Of a stretch of 64,000 bases of DNA, positions 25,901-39,200 are shown piece after piece (within the stretch, counting starts at the first letter, position 1; the number at the start of each line of letters is the position of its first letter). The stretch lies in assembly GCA_021432655.1 (NCBI GenBank), contig MU271231.1, positions 1 through 64,000 of the forward strand, written 5' to 3'. The position numbers and the translations under genes were made by a program. The notes beneath the pieces were generated by a model. It was not told the DNA's origin. It saw nothing but the letters and a program-made list of their open reading frames with translations, and ran no database searches. The DNA comes from Atractiella rhizophila (taxonomy: Eukaryota).

Positions 25901-27397
25901 TAGACCACGTTTCTGAAACTCAATTACCCAAACAAATCCGACTGTCCTCCCGAAGATTGCGTTCTCTTTGATCTCCCGCATATAGGCTTTAACCTTTACA
26001 CTGAAGACCCTAGAGACCAAATCTGGTCTGTCTGTAGCGGTTTGTCCAGGCAGTAAAGCTTCAGTGATTTCTGGCCAGCGAGGATTGCAGGTAAATGTTG
26101 TAAAGATAGTAGGAGAGCCTCGGTTTCCAACAATCGCCATTGCATCCTGAAACTGTTGATTCATCTGCCGAGGACCGCCACTGTGCGATGAGGGCAGAAC
26201 AGTTCGCCTGCCAACATTTACAGGGTCTCGTCCATCCTCCAAGGCATCGCCAAGCCCAGCATAAGACTCTGTTCGGAGCAATCCTTGATTGAATCGAAGG
26301 AAGTTCAATCGTCCACTTTCAATTTGTGCATATGCATCACAAACAAATTCCTGAAAGAGACGGCCGCCATGATGAATGAGAGAGAAGGTGTCCTTTTTTA
26401 AATGGAGAAGGTAAGAGTAGTAGTTCATTTGAGTAACGTGATCCTGTTCTCCCATGTTTCCAACGATTTGTCCATCATCGTTTCGATATTCCTCCCGTGG
26501 TCCAGGTCGAAGCAAATCTTTGTCCCGTAGGGGAATATAGGCATGCCATCCTTGCTCACCATAAGGAAACAAAAGTGGAAAACGCAGTGGAAGGTAGTTG
26601 GCATTCTGATCACTGACTTTATCATAATAGCGCTGACCATCAGGACGCCTAAGTTTGACTATAATGTCTCTCATAACCCCTGCTGAGGCTCCTGATTCCC
26701 CTCCAATGATTAGAACCGCTATTTCTCCTATCCCATGGCCTGTTGGCTTATTGTATCGCCGAGGGTCCTTGTCCTTGGGATCAATAGTTCGAAGGTGTAG
26801 TTGTAGTGTGGGAGCGTCTTGCATTCGCTCCTTCGCAATTTGATAGATATATGGCCAGGGATTCTCGCGCCAGATCATATCTTGAAGTCTTCTTAATATA
26901 TTCTCCTTTAACTTACTCCCCCCAACAACTCCTAACCTCTGCTGGATCTGTTCTGATGGATCGAGCATGTAGATCTGTGCAAATTTCTCCTCACCATCAG
27001 AGTCTGGTAGCAGTGTCCCAATTCGATGACAAAGCTCTCCTTGGATCCGGAAAGAATAAACTCCATGACCTGGAATAGGAGGTCGCTTGACACCAAGGGA
27101 AGTAAAGGAAAGAGCGTTGTTATAGGAATGTATATTCTCGCGGAACTGTTTCGATTCTGGTGCTTCAGGATTAAGAAGCTGGAGTAGTTCTGGAGGAGGG
27201 TCGTCATAAGCTGGCAGGACTACCTTTCCATGGAGACAGCAATAAGAAAACTCTGGTCTTCTTTTGGAGCTATCTGACGTCCTTTCCTCTAGCCAACGAA
27301 ATGCACCACAGTGTGAGCAGAAGACAGTGTTCCAACCGGAGAGTTTCAAGGTTTCAACAGTATGCGGAGAATAGTTGAATGCAGCAAAAGGATGACG
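22948..27397 (-). mobile_element. Helitron 1 with RepHel (HUH Rep plus Pif1 helicase), 5'-truncated, contains an N gap
   Basis: VIEFQKRGLPHAHILI; FFIDGPGGTGKTF, IIWDEVGM, QFPIKLAFCLTINKSQGQS, FAHGQLYV. 45-nt GT-AG intron at 24171-24215. 3' hairpin plus CTTG at 22948. Frameshifts present. Confidence 0.95.
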
Positions 27398-27818
27398 GCC
27401 CCTACCCAAGTGTCTGAGGCAGTTATGGGGCGCAATAAAATTCCTTTCCTCCTCTGTGGGGTTATAACACGCCGCTTTAAGCGGTACGAGGACTTTTCCC
27501 CTTCTTTTCATTGCAAAACTAATATGCTCTCTGCTTTATATCGAGTATACGTTGTATGAATTCGGTGGGAGATTCTCCGGATTTGGTGGGCATCAAGAGA
27601 CAGCTGCCCAGGTGGGAGTGTTAGTTGTAGTGTGTTGTTTTGGTCATCTGCCTCTTATGACTCTTATGACTCTTATGAGTCATCACTATGTAGTTTAGTT
27701 CTGCCTAGGAGTGTTGGTGCTCATTATTGACCACCAACCACTCCTAGGTATGTCTCTCTATACTTCTCTAATGTGCTCATTATTGACCACCAACCACTCC
27801 TAGCCTTAGATCCTTACA
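27398..27818 (+). mobile_element. Copia A3 remnant: pol tip, 3' UTR and LTR (27619-27818)
   Basis: Near-identical to 9181-9605; the LTR is followed by GTTTC and satellite. Confidence 0.93.
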
Positions 27819-28142
27819 GTTTCCCAGGATATCAAACATGTTCCCGAAGTTTGCAAACATGTTTCCCATGTTTCCCTCGATATCAAACATGTTCCCGAAG
27901 ATTGCAAACATGTTTCCCAGGAATTCAAACATGTTCCCGAAGTTTGCAAACATGTTTCCCGACTTTGCAAACATGTTTCCCATGTTTCCCAGGAATTCAA
28001 ACATGTTCCCGAAGTTTGCAAATGCCTTTACCATGTTTCCCAGGTATCCAAACGTGTTTCCCAGGATATTAAACATGTTCCCGAAGTTTGCAAACATTTT
28101 TCCCGTTTTTCCCTCGATATCAAACATGTTCCCGAAGATTGC
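27819..28142. repeat. AAACATGTTT satellite array
   Basis: Units AAACATGTTCCCGAAGTTTGC and CATGTTTCC, as at 9606. Confidence 0.92.
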
Positions 28143-28149
28143 TTGCCTC

Positions 28150-28762
28150 TCATCCCGTGGTGGAACATATCTTGCATTGTGTAGATCATTTTCTTCAAGC
28201 CTCTAGTTACGTTGTCATCATCAACGGAGGCCGAATAAGTTGCATTGTCGTCAGCCGCAAGACAACCTCATGGATCAGGAATCTCTTCAAGGATCTCCAA
28301 ATCCCTCTCGCTTTTCCCATCACTATCTACGGCGACAACCTTTGTTCCATCAACTTGCCAACAACCTCATCTTCAGACAACGAACCAAACATATTGATGT
28401 CCCATTCCACTATACATGCTAATGTGTCTCTAATCGAAAATCGAGCTTCAATACATGGATACGAAGGAACTTCCAGCAGATATCCTTACAAAGGAAGTAA
28501 GCAAGATGAAGTTGGAAGGAGCAATGAGTAAATTTGGGATGATGAATGAGTGAAAGATGCATGAAATATGAATGTGAGGGGGAGTTTGATGGACTTTTGC
28601 GCAGTCTCATTTCTCTTTCTTCTTCTATTGCTTGATAATTGGCTCAAGGAACGGTGACGGGCCACGGTGATATTTTCTCACAAATATGCAAGACCTCTGC
28701 AGTGCAAGTCCCATCGCTTTTTTGGCTCGCATTTGCAGCGCTTACAGCTCAGTATCTCATCA
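28150..28762 (+). mobile_element. Copia family C 3' remnant (RNase H, PPT, LTR 28587-28762)
   Basis: LSSSTEAE, WIRNLF..IYGDN, RTKHIDV, ADILTK; GAGGGGGAG PPT; LTR matches 20708-20992. Confidence 0.82.
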
Positions 28763-29633
28763 AAGCTGACTAGCGCAGTAGCTCCTTAATTGCAGAAAGC
28801 AACCAACAATTTATCATTGCAACAATCAGTCATACCATAGCTAGCCCTTTGAGGAGCACAGTATGGCAACATATTTGACGAAAGAGTTCAATCTAGGCCG
28901 ACGAGCGCGCACGATACCCTAACATTGTGTACTCATATACCATTGCACCACGAGGCCACTGGAGAGCTAAGGCAGACCAGTTAAGGTACCTGTATCAGAT
29001 CCTAAAACCTCACGCGCTCGTTCTCCTCACTATCTCTCACTACGACCTTTCGTCCGGCCTTTCTTCCCCTTCACCTGACGCAATTTCGGAACGTGACCAG
29101 CTGCTGTACGATCTTGGTGTGAAGGAACTGAATGAACGAGTCGATCCTGCGAGTTTTGTAATGGCCAGAAGGGCGCTGTTTGGGAGGGTAAATGAAGAAG
29201 AAGCGCAGAGGGGAAAGAGGAAGCTGGAGAAGGAAATTGAGAGGATGAAAATGGGAAGTGCTAAGCAGGTCCTTGCAAAGACCCTAACTCCGTGCACTTT
29301 GCCTTATTCGCGTATAGTAGAACGAGAGTATTACAGAAAAAGAAATGCGAGGCAGGGGGGAAATGCATAGCCAATAATGGTGAATAAGGCGCGGTCAAAG
29401 ACGATCGCTCCAGTTGGTAGAGCGCAATACAGTGTCGAAATGGTGGAGATGACTTCGTGGATGGAAGTGAGGAGGGTTTGAATATGGATGAAAACAGAAG
29501 AACCTGATCGATGTCGATTGTTCCATTCGTATACATAAATCGAGTTGATTCCACATTATTTGCAAATAAAGGGAAAAGGCTCGAGTGTCCTGTCGAGCGG
29601 AGTCGGGTGTGATGAAGACACCAGAGAGCAAAC

Positions 29634-29765
29634 TGTGAGAACGAGCCGGATCTGGATCCACAGCGTTTTGACCACCATCTCGTGTGGCGAGCCCCTAACC
29701 CTAACCGCAACTAGTAGAAGCACTGAAAGCATGCTGAGTGCCAAATGAGAGCCATATCTCTCACA
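29634..29765 (-). repeat. 3' LTR of Copia B
   Basis: TG...CA ends; AGGGGG PPT at 29766-29771 on the minus strand; GTTTG TSD; homologous to 35903-36052. Confidence 0.9.
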
Positions 29766-30168
29766 CCCCCTGTCAGAGTTTGGCACCGTTTTAAGCTGCA
29801 TTCGTGCCACTGTCATTTGTGGCTCTAGTTTTCTTTCCCCTTTGCCGTTTCCCTCATTTTGCCGAATTCCTTAAGGTATAAAAAGCCCATTATAACTTCA
29901 TTGTAATTCATTCCTTTCGACCCTTGCAATCAACACCCCCCCTCACTCAGCAGCCGAGGAAAGAAGGAAAGAAAACCAAAGAGAAAGAAAGAGAGAAGCA
30001 TGAACGGAACCAAGAGAAAGAGAAGGAGAGCGCGTAATTATGGAAATATTGATCAAAAGAAATCAACACTGATAAATGAACAAACAGGGAAAGATTGTTG
30101 AATACCAATACCAAATCAGTAACTCCAAGATGAAGTCGTTTCAACGAAAAATCAAGACCATAAACATC

Positions 30169-33100
30169 CTATATCAGCCCGGTAAAGGAACATGTCGCCT
30201 CCCCCTCCAACAATCCAAGCATCGAGCATAGCTTCCAGTGCTGGACATTGCCTATACCCTTCGTGAGAACGTCTGCTGCCATTTGTACCGTCGGTATCCA
30301 TGTTAGTATTATCTCACCCGATTCGACCCTCTCTCGTGTAAAATGATAGTGCACCTCAACATGTTTCGTGTGGCCATGGATCGCAGGATGCTTCGCTAAA
30401 GTAAGTGCACCCTGATTATCCCCTTTATCGTCGTCGGTCCCTGCTGAGGAAAGCCCAGTTCCGACAATAGTCCCCTCAACCACATCGCCTCCCTAGCTGT
30501 ACTTGAGAGCGCGATATATTCTGCCTCCGTCGAAGAGATGGCTACGGTTGGCTGCATCTTCGATATCCAAGAGACCGCCGATCGGCCTAGTCGAAATACT
30601 ACGCCAGAGACCGAGCGACGTGTATCTACATCCGCTGCGTAGTCAGAATCCGAAATCCTTCTACCTTGGTGGAACCTGTGTCATCCCATGTGAGTTTAAA
30701 GTCAAGAGTGCCAATAAGATATCTAAAAATCCTCTGAACACTCGCCCAATGCCTCCTGCCAGGATCAGCACTGTATCTGGCCGCCCTGTTGACCGCGAAT
30801 AAGATATCGCGGCGCGTGTTCACAGCAGCGTATATTAGAGCACCTATCGCCTCTCTGTAAGGTATTCTCTTCGTATACTCACGTTCCTCTTCCGTTTGGG
30901 GCGCCTAGGCTTTCGAAACTTTCTCGTTTATGTCTCAGGGAGTGTTCACTGAGTTCGCATCCGACATACCAAAACGTTCCAAACATTTTCGGACATAGTC
31001 CCGCTGATCCAAAGTGATATGCCCAGAACTTCTATCCCAGTTAATATGCATCCCTAGGAAATTTCCAACCTCTACCGTGGTTATCTTGAACTGAGTCCGC
31101 AACAGAGCAGATAGCTCGTCAATGAGATGTTGAGATGAAGCAATCACAAGTCCGTCGTCGTCGACATGGAGGCAGATGATCGTTGTATCTGCTCCCCTCC
31201 TCTTGATGTAAACTCCCCTGTCAGCATTCGTGCGCAAATAGCCATGTTGCGAGAGAAAGTTGTGTAACGTATCATTCCAACCCTTCCCAGCTTGTCGGAG
31301 GCCGTACAGCGTCTTTCGAAGCCTAAACACCTTTTCGGGTTGACTCTGGTCAACAAATCCTTGAGGCTGTCTGAGATATACTTCCTCTTCCAACGTGCCG
31401 TTGAGAAAACCTTTGGATACGTCGAACTGGCCGCCATACCACCTATTCGTGGTAGCGAGGGATAGAGCAGACCTCACGGACACCATTCGTACCGTAGGCG
31501 CATAAGTCTCGCCAAAATCAACCCCTTCTATTTGACGATCCCATCTGGCTACTAAGCGCGCCTTGTACTTGAGGACTTTCCCATCTAAATCCCTCTTGAT
31601 CAGCAAAACCCACTTGGAGCCTATCGCTCTTTTTCCTTGCGGAAGGTCGACTAGCTTCTCCTCCCAAGTCCCCATGACCTGAAGTACCGTGAATTCCGCT
31701 AAGATAGCTACCCACCACTTGTCAGCATCAGGCTCTACGAGTGCCTGTCGGAAGGAGGGTTCATCTAAGTTACCATTCCAGTGAGCGGCAGCCGCATATA
31801 CTTCCCATTTCGTAGTATGGGTGCCCCTAATCGCTTCCTCCTCGAATGAACAAGGCGAAATGTGAAGTGCATTCTGCATCTCGCGAGTAGCTATCGCCGG
31901 TACGTATTCCTTTGGACGAAAGTCTGCTCTGATCGTAAAGGCATTTACCCGGGATGTCGAATCGTTATCATCTGTCCCTGTGGAGATAGGTGGGGAGGTA
32001 GTCAGAATTGGTTGAGGAAGGCCATTGTCTAAAGCCTTGTAGTCAATACGAGGGAGGTTTCGAAGTGACCTGTTATGTCGTGGGTACGGGTGAGGCGAAT
32101 GGTCCGGTATCCTCTTCCTCCGCTGGCGCGTAGGAGGAATAGCAGGAACATCAGGAGGATCAGCTACATCACCTTGAGAAACGAGGGTCGCCTCCCCCCT
32201 TGAACCCTTGGTCCATCATCTATCAGCATTTCTCCACTCCCAGTCAGATGCTGCTCCACAGCTGGTGGCGTTGTTGGTGGGATTATGGCTTCAGGACCTG
32301 GAACTTGAACAGAAACATCATCAGCTAACATATCGAAATCTGAGGGCATGAATTCGTGTAGAGACCATTTGGCCAGTTTCTCGGTGTCCCCCATCGGCCT
32401 ATCCTTGTAAAACTGGTCCTCAAACCACATAACCTCCTTGGCCTGAACGAAACGTCGTGATTGAGGAACCCAGAACAACCATCCCTTCGCACCCTCCAAA
32501 TACCCAACAAAATATCCCATCAATCCCCTCGCATGTAGTTTCAAAGTCTGTTTCTCCTTTGGAATGTTGATAACACCTAGACATCCGAACATGCGTAGAT
32601 GAGAAACATCCGGACGATCCCCATCCCAGGCACCAACCGGTACCTTCCAAGACCCATGCGAGTACCTAGGCATTCGATTGAGGGTGTAGACCGCGAATTG
32701 AACCGCTTTCTCCCAGAACGATAGCGAAGTCCTGACTCGAAAAGAATAGTCCTAGCAATATTAAAAAGGGTGTACCATCTCCTCTCAATAAAACCCATCT
32801 GATTGTGAATGTAAGGAATAGAAGTGTCGTGTGAAATACCTCGGTTTTGAACAAAAGCTTTGAAATAAACAGATTGAAACTCACCGCCGTTATCGCTTCG
32901 AAGTACCTTCACTTTGATGCCATAGCGCCGCTCAACCCCCAAAATACAATTCCGTAGGACCAACGCAGCATCACCATTGCTGCGAAGGGGAATCCAACAT
33001 AACCTAGCAGAGTATTCCTCAACAATTCCAAGACCATAACGCTCACCAGTATGCATCGCCGCAACTGGGGCAGGTCCCCAAAGATCACAATCGATTCGTT

Positions 33101-33780
33101 CGCCTTTGGCATACGAATTCAACGTAGTAATCACTCGATTCGGACGAGCCTTCGACTTCCCAGCGGCACAAGATATGCATGGGTCCAACTTTGTTGAATT
33201 GCAGTCAAAGCCCGTCACCCACTTCCCAGTACACAGCTCATGCCATCTCTTAGAACCTATATGGCCGAAATGCACATGCCAGGTCTTAGCAGTCGTCGCT
33301 ACGAGTGCAGAAGCATGAGCCGTGTACTCCTTTGCAGGTAAAGAAGGGGCACTTGCCTCCAGCTCGATTTGTCGTTCTCCAAAACTGGCCATCCCAAAGT
33401 GAACACCATTTTCGCGTCGAAAAAGCAATCGATCGCGAGTGTTGGTAAATCTGATGCCACGCTTCATAAGATCCAATTGGGATATGAGCGTGACGCCGAG
33501 GCCAGGGACGTAAAGAGCAGTACCGACGTAAAGAGCAGTACCGACGTAAAGAGCAGTACCGACGTAAAGAGCAGTACCGACGTAAAGAGCAGTACCGAAA
33601 TCCGCTTGATAAACTTGGCGACCCCTGACGTCTTCGAGCAGAGGGCAGATCCGGCCAGCATGTGTCACAAAACCACCGCTCCCGAAAGCACCACCAACGA
33701 ATACTGGAGGGTGTATAAGTTGTAGGTCTTGAAAGAGATCAGGAGAGCCAGACATGGGTACGGTTGCAGCAGAATCCTCG
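30169..33780 (-). pseudogene. pol: Copia B pol (PR-IN-RT-RH), degenerate, severed from gag by inversion
   Basis: EDSAATVPM; WHVHFGH..CISC; LRSDNGGEF; YKARLVA; LHVDD; KHVEVHYHF..MAADVLTK. Confidence 0.93.
33507..33596. repeat. 5 x 18-bp perfect tandem repeat (GTALYV x5) in the Copia B protease
   Basis: GACGTAAAGAGCAGTACC repeated five times. Confidence 0.95.
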
Positions 33781-34790
33781 AAAATTCACAGTCTTTGTCA
33801 TTACAAAGCAGATATTAAAGCTCTCGGTTCAGTAAAGGATTCAGATACTAAGTGAGTGCAACCATCCTACATATCTTAAAAATTCTTATAGTGAAGGGTC
33901 ACGTCAAGATCCAGAACAACAAATTCTACAACGTGTTCATGTGCAAGATATTTTTCGTGAGAAGACACAAGACCTTATACGAAGAGGGCTCATCCCAATG
34001 GAGAATAAAGGCCCTTGTGGCCTTCGATTAAAAGGTTTTGATCTTATTGATGCTTGTATGATAGGCAAGACTACAGGTATGTATGTTATATAACCTACTA
34101 AATTTTAAAGTATTACTAACAGCTTGCTACAGCTGCTTCTGGACCAGCCTCATGATTTGAGCAAAACCTCAAACTAAAAAGATTTCAACTTGAACGATAT
34201 AAATTCCTACAACGGCTCCACTTAGGAGATTTATCTGCAGTTTTGGATGACACCATTCCTCTTCAAGATCCAGTTATTTCCAGATTTGAGACTATGACAT
34301 GCCAGGGGACTTCACTTGCTGCTCCTACAGATGAACACACTCTTTTCTGCTTCAAGGTTAAAGCTAAGGACTCCTGGACTTATGACACTCGTCAACATCT
34401 TTCTGAACGACGTGAAGATGCTATAGTTCTTATAGATCGTCGCTTTAACTCCATCCGTGACTATCAACCAGCACAGCTTCTCCTTTATTCTCTATTCGAC
34501 TGGATGATGACATCTATGACCTCACCTTTGTGCAATACTTACATTTAGTGGGAAACACGATAGACCCAGTTTATGGCTCTTGGAAAGTTCAGCCATCTGC
34601 TCTGCCTAATAGACAACGAGAAGTTGGTATTATTTGGTTAAACGATATTATTCGACCAGCTCAGCTTATTCCTGTTTAGAACAAGAACACACCTGATATG
34701 AAACCTAGCCAGATTCATTCATACTATCACACTTTGTGGTTGAATCAGTATACTGATGAAGACTCTCTGTTACGATTTGTATAAGATGTA
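33781..34790 (+). pseudogene. Plavaka transposase, C-terminal part (inverted)
   Basis: Begins KIHSLCHY; joins the minus-strand part at 39330 to give FYPPKIHSLCHY; contains introns. Confidence 0.65.
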
Positions 34791-35902
34791 ATCTATCAAC
34801 CATCTCTAGCTCTGAACGATTCTATACACCTATGCTTTAGTATCCGGTGATTATTCATGGTGGATAGGGTTTTATAGGCAATTATTGGGACTCATAGGAG
34901 ATTTGAGGAAATATGTGAATAGGTCTTTATAGGTACCAAAGGAGACAAACAGTGAATAGAGGTGATATAACTCAAGTTCTGCCTAGGGATGCTCAATGGG
35001 ACAGAAACGGGTTCGACATCGTTTTTGACGTGCGTGATCTGAACAGTGACCCGTTACTCGCCTGCTTTGTTGACAGGAGGGGGGGACGTGCGTCATGCCA
35101 AAGTTGGTGGACCCTGTCTTCGTAAGTCCTTCGGCAACAGTCCATTAGGTTCTGACCTGACAACATTACATGGAAGCTCTGCGACATTCTGCCACCCATT
35201 CCCAGTCCTTGGACCTCCAGAACATTCTTCTCCAACAATGTTACCCCGGCCTCTCCTTCTCGACCTGTCGATTCCCAACCAAAAACTCGATAAACGGAAG
35301 CAGACCTCTAGAGCTTTTGTCATTCCTGCAAACCAGTCTATCAACATGGTGTCTAAAAGGCCGGCTTGACAAATCAAGATTGTAGACATGGTGAAGAGGA
35401 ATAATGAAGAAGGAACTGCCATCAGCAAGGCAGAGCAAAAGAGGTGTGAACGAGAAGCATATGTCTATGTCCCTTGACGACTTGTCCTGTTCATTGACTA
35501 TTATTTGTGTGATAGGAACTCAGACATTCCTGGATACAAGGAGCTTGAGGTTTTGATGGCAGCTACTGCAACGATAGGACATGATGAAGATGAGGTGTGT
35601 TATTTCACTTGATCCGGGCTCAAATTTTCACACATCAAGTATAGACTACTTATAATTGCGTGATCTTGCAGGAGCTATCCAAGATTTCGAAGCAGATACG
35701 CTCGACGTGGCACTTGACTGGATCATGGTGGCAAGGGGCTTCACCCCCTTGTGCCGAAATCCTGCGCTTGTGATCTTGCAATTTGCGCGCCTGATGCTCA
35801 CCACCATCGTTCTGACCCATGCCATAGGATGCGCTGTCGCTTCCATGAAAGAGAAATGGATACTCCTCTGCGCTCTGTCGGTTGGATCGCCGCCACCGTT
35901 TG

Positions 35903-36065
35903 TATGAGAGATATGGCTCTCATTTGGCACTCAGCATGCTTTTGGTGCTTCTACAAGTTGCGGTTAGGGTTAGGGTCTCGCCTTCTGGATCCACAGCGTT
36001 TTGACCACCATCTTCGTGTACGCTGCGGATCCAGATCCGACTCGTTCTCACATGGTAGCGAGAGC
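35903..36065 (+). repeat. 5' LTR (35903-36052) and PBS of Copia B
   Basis: Preceded by the GTTTG TSD (35898-35902); followed by TGGTAGCGAGAGC. Confidence 0.9.
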
Positions 36066-36239
36066 CTGGTAATTCAACATCCACAAGTGTCAACGCTCCT
36101 CCATCAGCCTTATTAGTCACATCAGTTTTATCAGAAATTCCATCAGTCATATCAATTTTACATTTTTGACCTGTCTATGTCCAACAATTGACTACCCACC
36201 CCACTTGATGACCGAGACCCTCCCCCGCACCAACCCTCC

Positions 36240-39200
36240 TTGCATATTCCGGACACGATTACACGACAGCTCTCCCCCTCCGTCACTGAACCATTATTCT
36301 CGACTCCCTACTCCATGGATGTACCCCATTACCCGGTCGGTGAAGGAAATGGAAATCTCATCCTCGACGGCGTTCCCCAAGTGTCAGCCGGTTTCGATGC
36401 TTGGTGGAGGGCGATAGTTCTGGGTTTGAAAAGGTTGATGGTGTATCGTTTTTGTCTGGACCGGATGCCGGAGGAAAGATATACTCGCACGAAACCGGTA
36501 TATCCTGGAGATGGTGCGTCTGAACCAGCAAAAAGGGCATGGGAGGTGAATATTACGCAGTGGGATGCTGGGAATGCAAATGCAGTTGCGGTGTTGCGTG
36601 CGAACCTCAAGCGACACGAATTGAACGAAATTCCTGTGGACATGGAAATTGCGTCTGAAATCGTGGCGAAGTTGAGGTCTCTCTACGGTGAAGCCCAGTC
36701 CATTTTGTCTCATTCTGCTTGGGCCGATTTTTGTGATCTTCGTCAATCCACAAATCCGTCCCTTGACATCGCTGAATATATTTCCCTTTGGAACAGCCGT
36801 TACGCCGATCTATTGTCTTCCGGGTCTCAATACGCACTATCCGAACCTGTTCGTTTTATAATTTTTGTCAACTCTCTCGAGCCAACGTGGCGTGATATTG
36901 CTCTGGACCCGAACAAGGTCACCAGGGACAACCTCAATGAATGCTTTGAAAGGCTCAAGGATACAGGGCATGCTCGGGAAGTGAGAGGGGTCATGGAGGA
37001 TCGAATGCTCCGGGCTCAGAGTGCAGAGGTATACTCTGCGGTGATGGACAACGACGGTGGTGCTGGAGCTTATCCGGTTGTGGCGGACCGAGGCTACGAT
37101 CAGAGATTTTCTTCCAGACCTTGTTTTCGTCCCTCTGGCCCATTTCGTGAAGATTTTCGATCTCGTCCTCCACCTTCTCCGGTGCATCGTTCATATGTTC
37201 CAAGGTCTTCTCCTCAGATGTCTACAACCCCTCCAATGCCTAGGATCGATCTGGTCACTCCGTCCCGTTCTCGTACCCAGATCATCCAACACGACCTCAG
37301 GCCGGTAGGTGAACGTGCTATGGACACGTATAGTGTACGACCTCCAAAGGGGATTGTGTCTGAGCGATATCCACGTTTTACTCGCAGGGTCTTCTCCAAC
37401 CCTGATCGCACTCAAGCGACACGAATTGAACGAAATTCCTGTGGACATGGAAATTGCGTCTGAAATCGTGGCGAAGTTGAGGTCTCTCTACGGTGAAGCC
37501 CAGTCAATTTTGTCTCATTCTGCTTGGGCCGATTTTTGTGATCTTCGTCAATCCACAAATCCGTCCCTTGACATCGCTGAATACATTTCCCTTTGGAACA
37601 GCCGTTGCTCCGATCTATTGTCTTCCGGGTCTCAATACGCGCTCTCCGAACCTGTTCGTTTTATAATTTTTGTCAACTCTCTCGAGTCGACGTGGCATGA
37701 TATTGCTCTGGACCCGAACAAGGTCACCAGGGACAACCTCAATGAATGCTTTAAAAGGCTCAAGGATACAGGGCATGCTCGGGAAGTGAGAGGGGTCATG
37801 GAGGATCGAATGCTCCGGGCTCAGAGTGCAGAGGTATAACCTGCGGTGATGGACAACGACGGTGGTGCTGGAGCTTATCCAGTTGTGGCGGACCGAGGCT
37901 ACGATCAGAGATTTTCTTCCCGACCCTGTTTTCGTCCCTCTTGCCCGTTTTGTCAAGATTTCGATCTCGTCCTCCACCTTCTCCGATGCATCGTTCATAT
38001 GTTCCAAGGTCTTCTCCTCAGATGTCTACAACCCCTCCAATGCCTAGGATCGATCCGGTCACTCCGTCCCCTTCTTGTACCCAGATCATCCAACACGACC
38101 TCAGGCCGGTGGGTGAACGTGCTATGGACACGTATAGTGTACGACCTCCAAAGGGGATTGTGTCTGAGCGATATCCACGTTTTACTCGCAGGGTCTTCTC
38201 CAACCCTGATCGCAACGCTTTTGGATCACGGGCATGGGATTACGACAATGTCAAAAATTGGCCTGGTACCATTCCCCCCTCGGGACACTTTGTCGTCGCG
38301 CCTGACCAATGCATTTATTGCCTGTGGATGGGACACTTGTCTCGAGCATGCCCGGTTCCGACTATGCCGAAGGCGCGAGAAGAGGCCAGGGTAGCTGCTT
38401 TCAGGCAGATGGGCATCACGATTAGGACGAATGTGGCGCCGTTTTATTTCAGTACCACGAATCAGAGACTCGTTGCCGGGGTCGCGTCTGATACCACGGC
38501 TTCTGTTTTCCTTACCAGCACTAGACTTCCCCCATCCTCCCAGGATCCTATCAATCCTGGACCAGATGGAAGATACGATGGGGATATGGATGGCTACCCG
38601 ATTTTCGAAGGGGACAATGCTTATTGGCCGTCTTACGTTCAGGCTGCCTATGGACAACATCGATGGGATGTTCCCATCCCTTCCATCAAGCGATCTCACA
38701 TCCACCACCCCTTATACATCCCAGGCTATACCTTTGATGAACCAGTTCCGGATTCGACTCCTCACTTCCTATCCCGTGCGGTGTATGTTCAAGATGGGGA
38801 AGCTTCTCTCGAAGAGACCCTTGTGACGTATACTGACGAACAGTACATCACGTTCGAGTTCCTTCAAGATCAGCAAACTGAACCAACCCGGACCCCATCT
38901 CCCACCACTTCCTGCCATTCTGCTTTCTTTGTTTCTCCTTCCGTTTATTCTGCCGGCTCTACGTCTTCTGCATTTTCCGTTGATTCTTCTTATAAACTAC
39001 GTTCCATGCCTACGAACTTTCACGATACTTCTCTTTATCGACAAACTTTGATTCGTACAAATTGCCCACTTTCTTGCTTTCTTCTTTGGACTCGCCTGCC
39101 TGCGTTGTTGACAAGCGCCTTCCCGTTGATGTTGCGGCTAATGTCACTGCTGCTTCTTCTCCTTCTTCCTTTTCTTTCGGAAATGATTCCAACCCTCGAT

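Noticed and set aside
25079..25923. ORFs spanning the N run
   Set aside because: Artefacts of the assembly gap.
22200..28586. Copia fragments at 22200-22665 and 28150-28586 as one split element
   Set aside because: Both appear to contain the GG.(I/V).W RNase H segment, so they overlap rather than abut; not supportable.
29696..29707. CCCTAA x2 as a telomere remnant
   Set aside because: Only two units, and part of the Copia B LTR.
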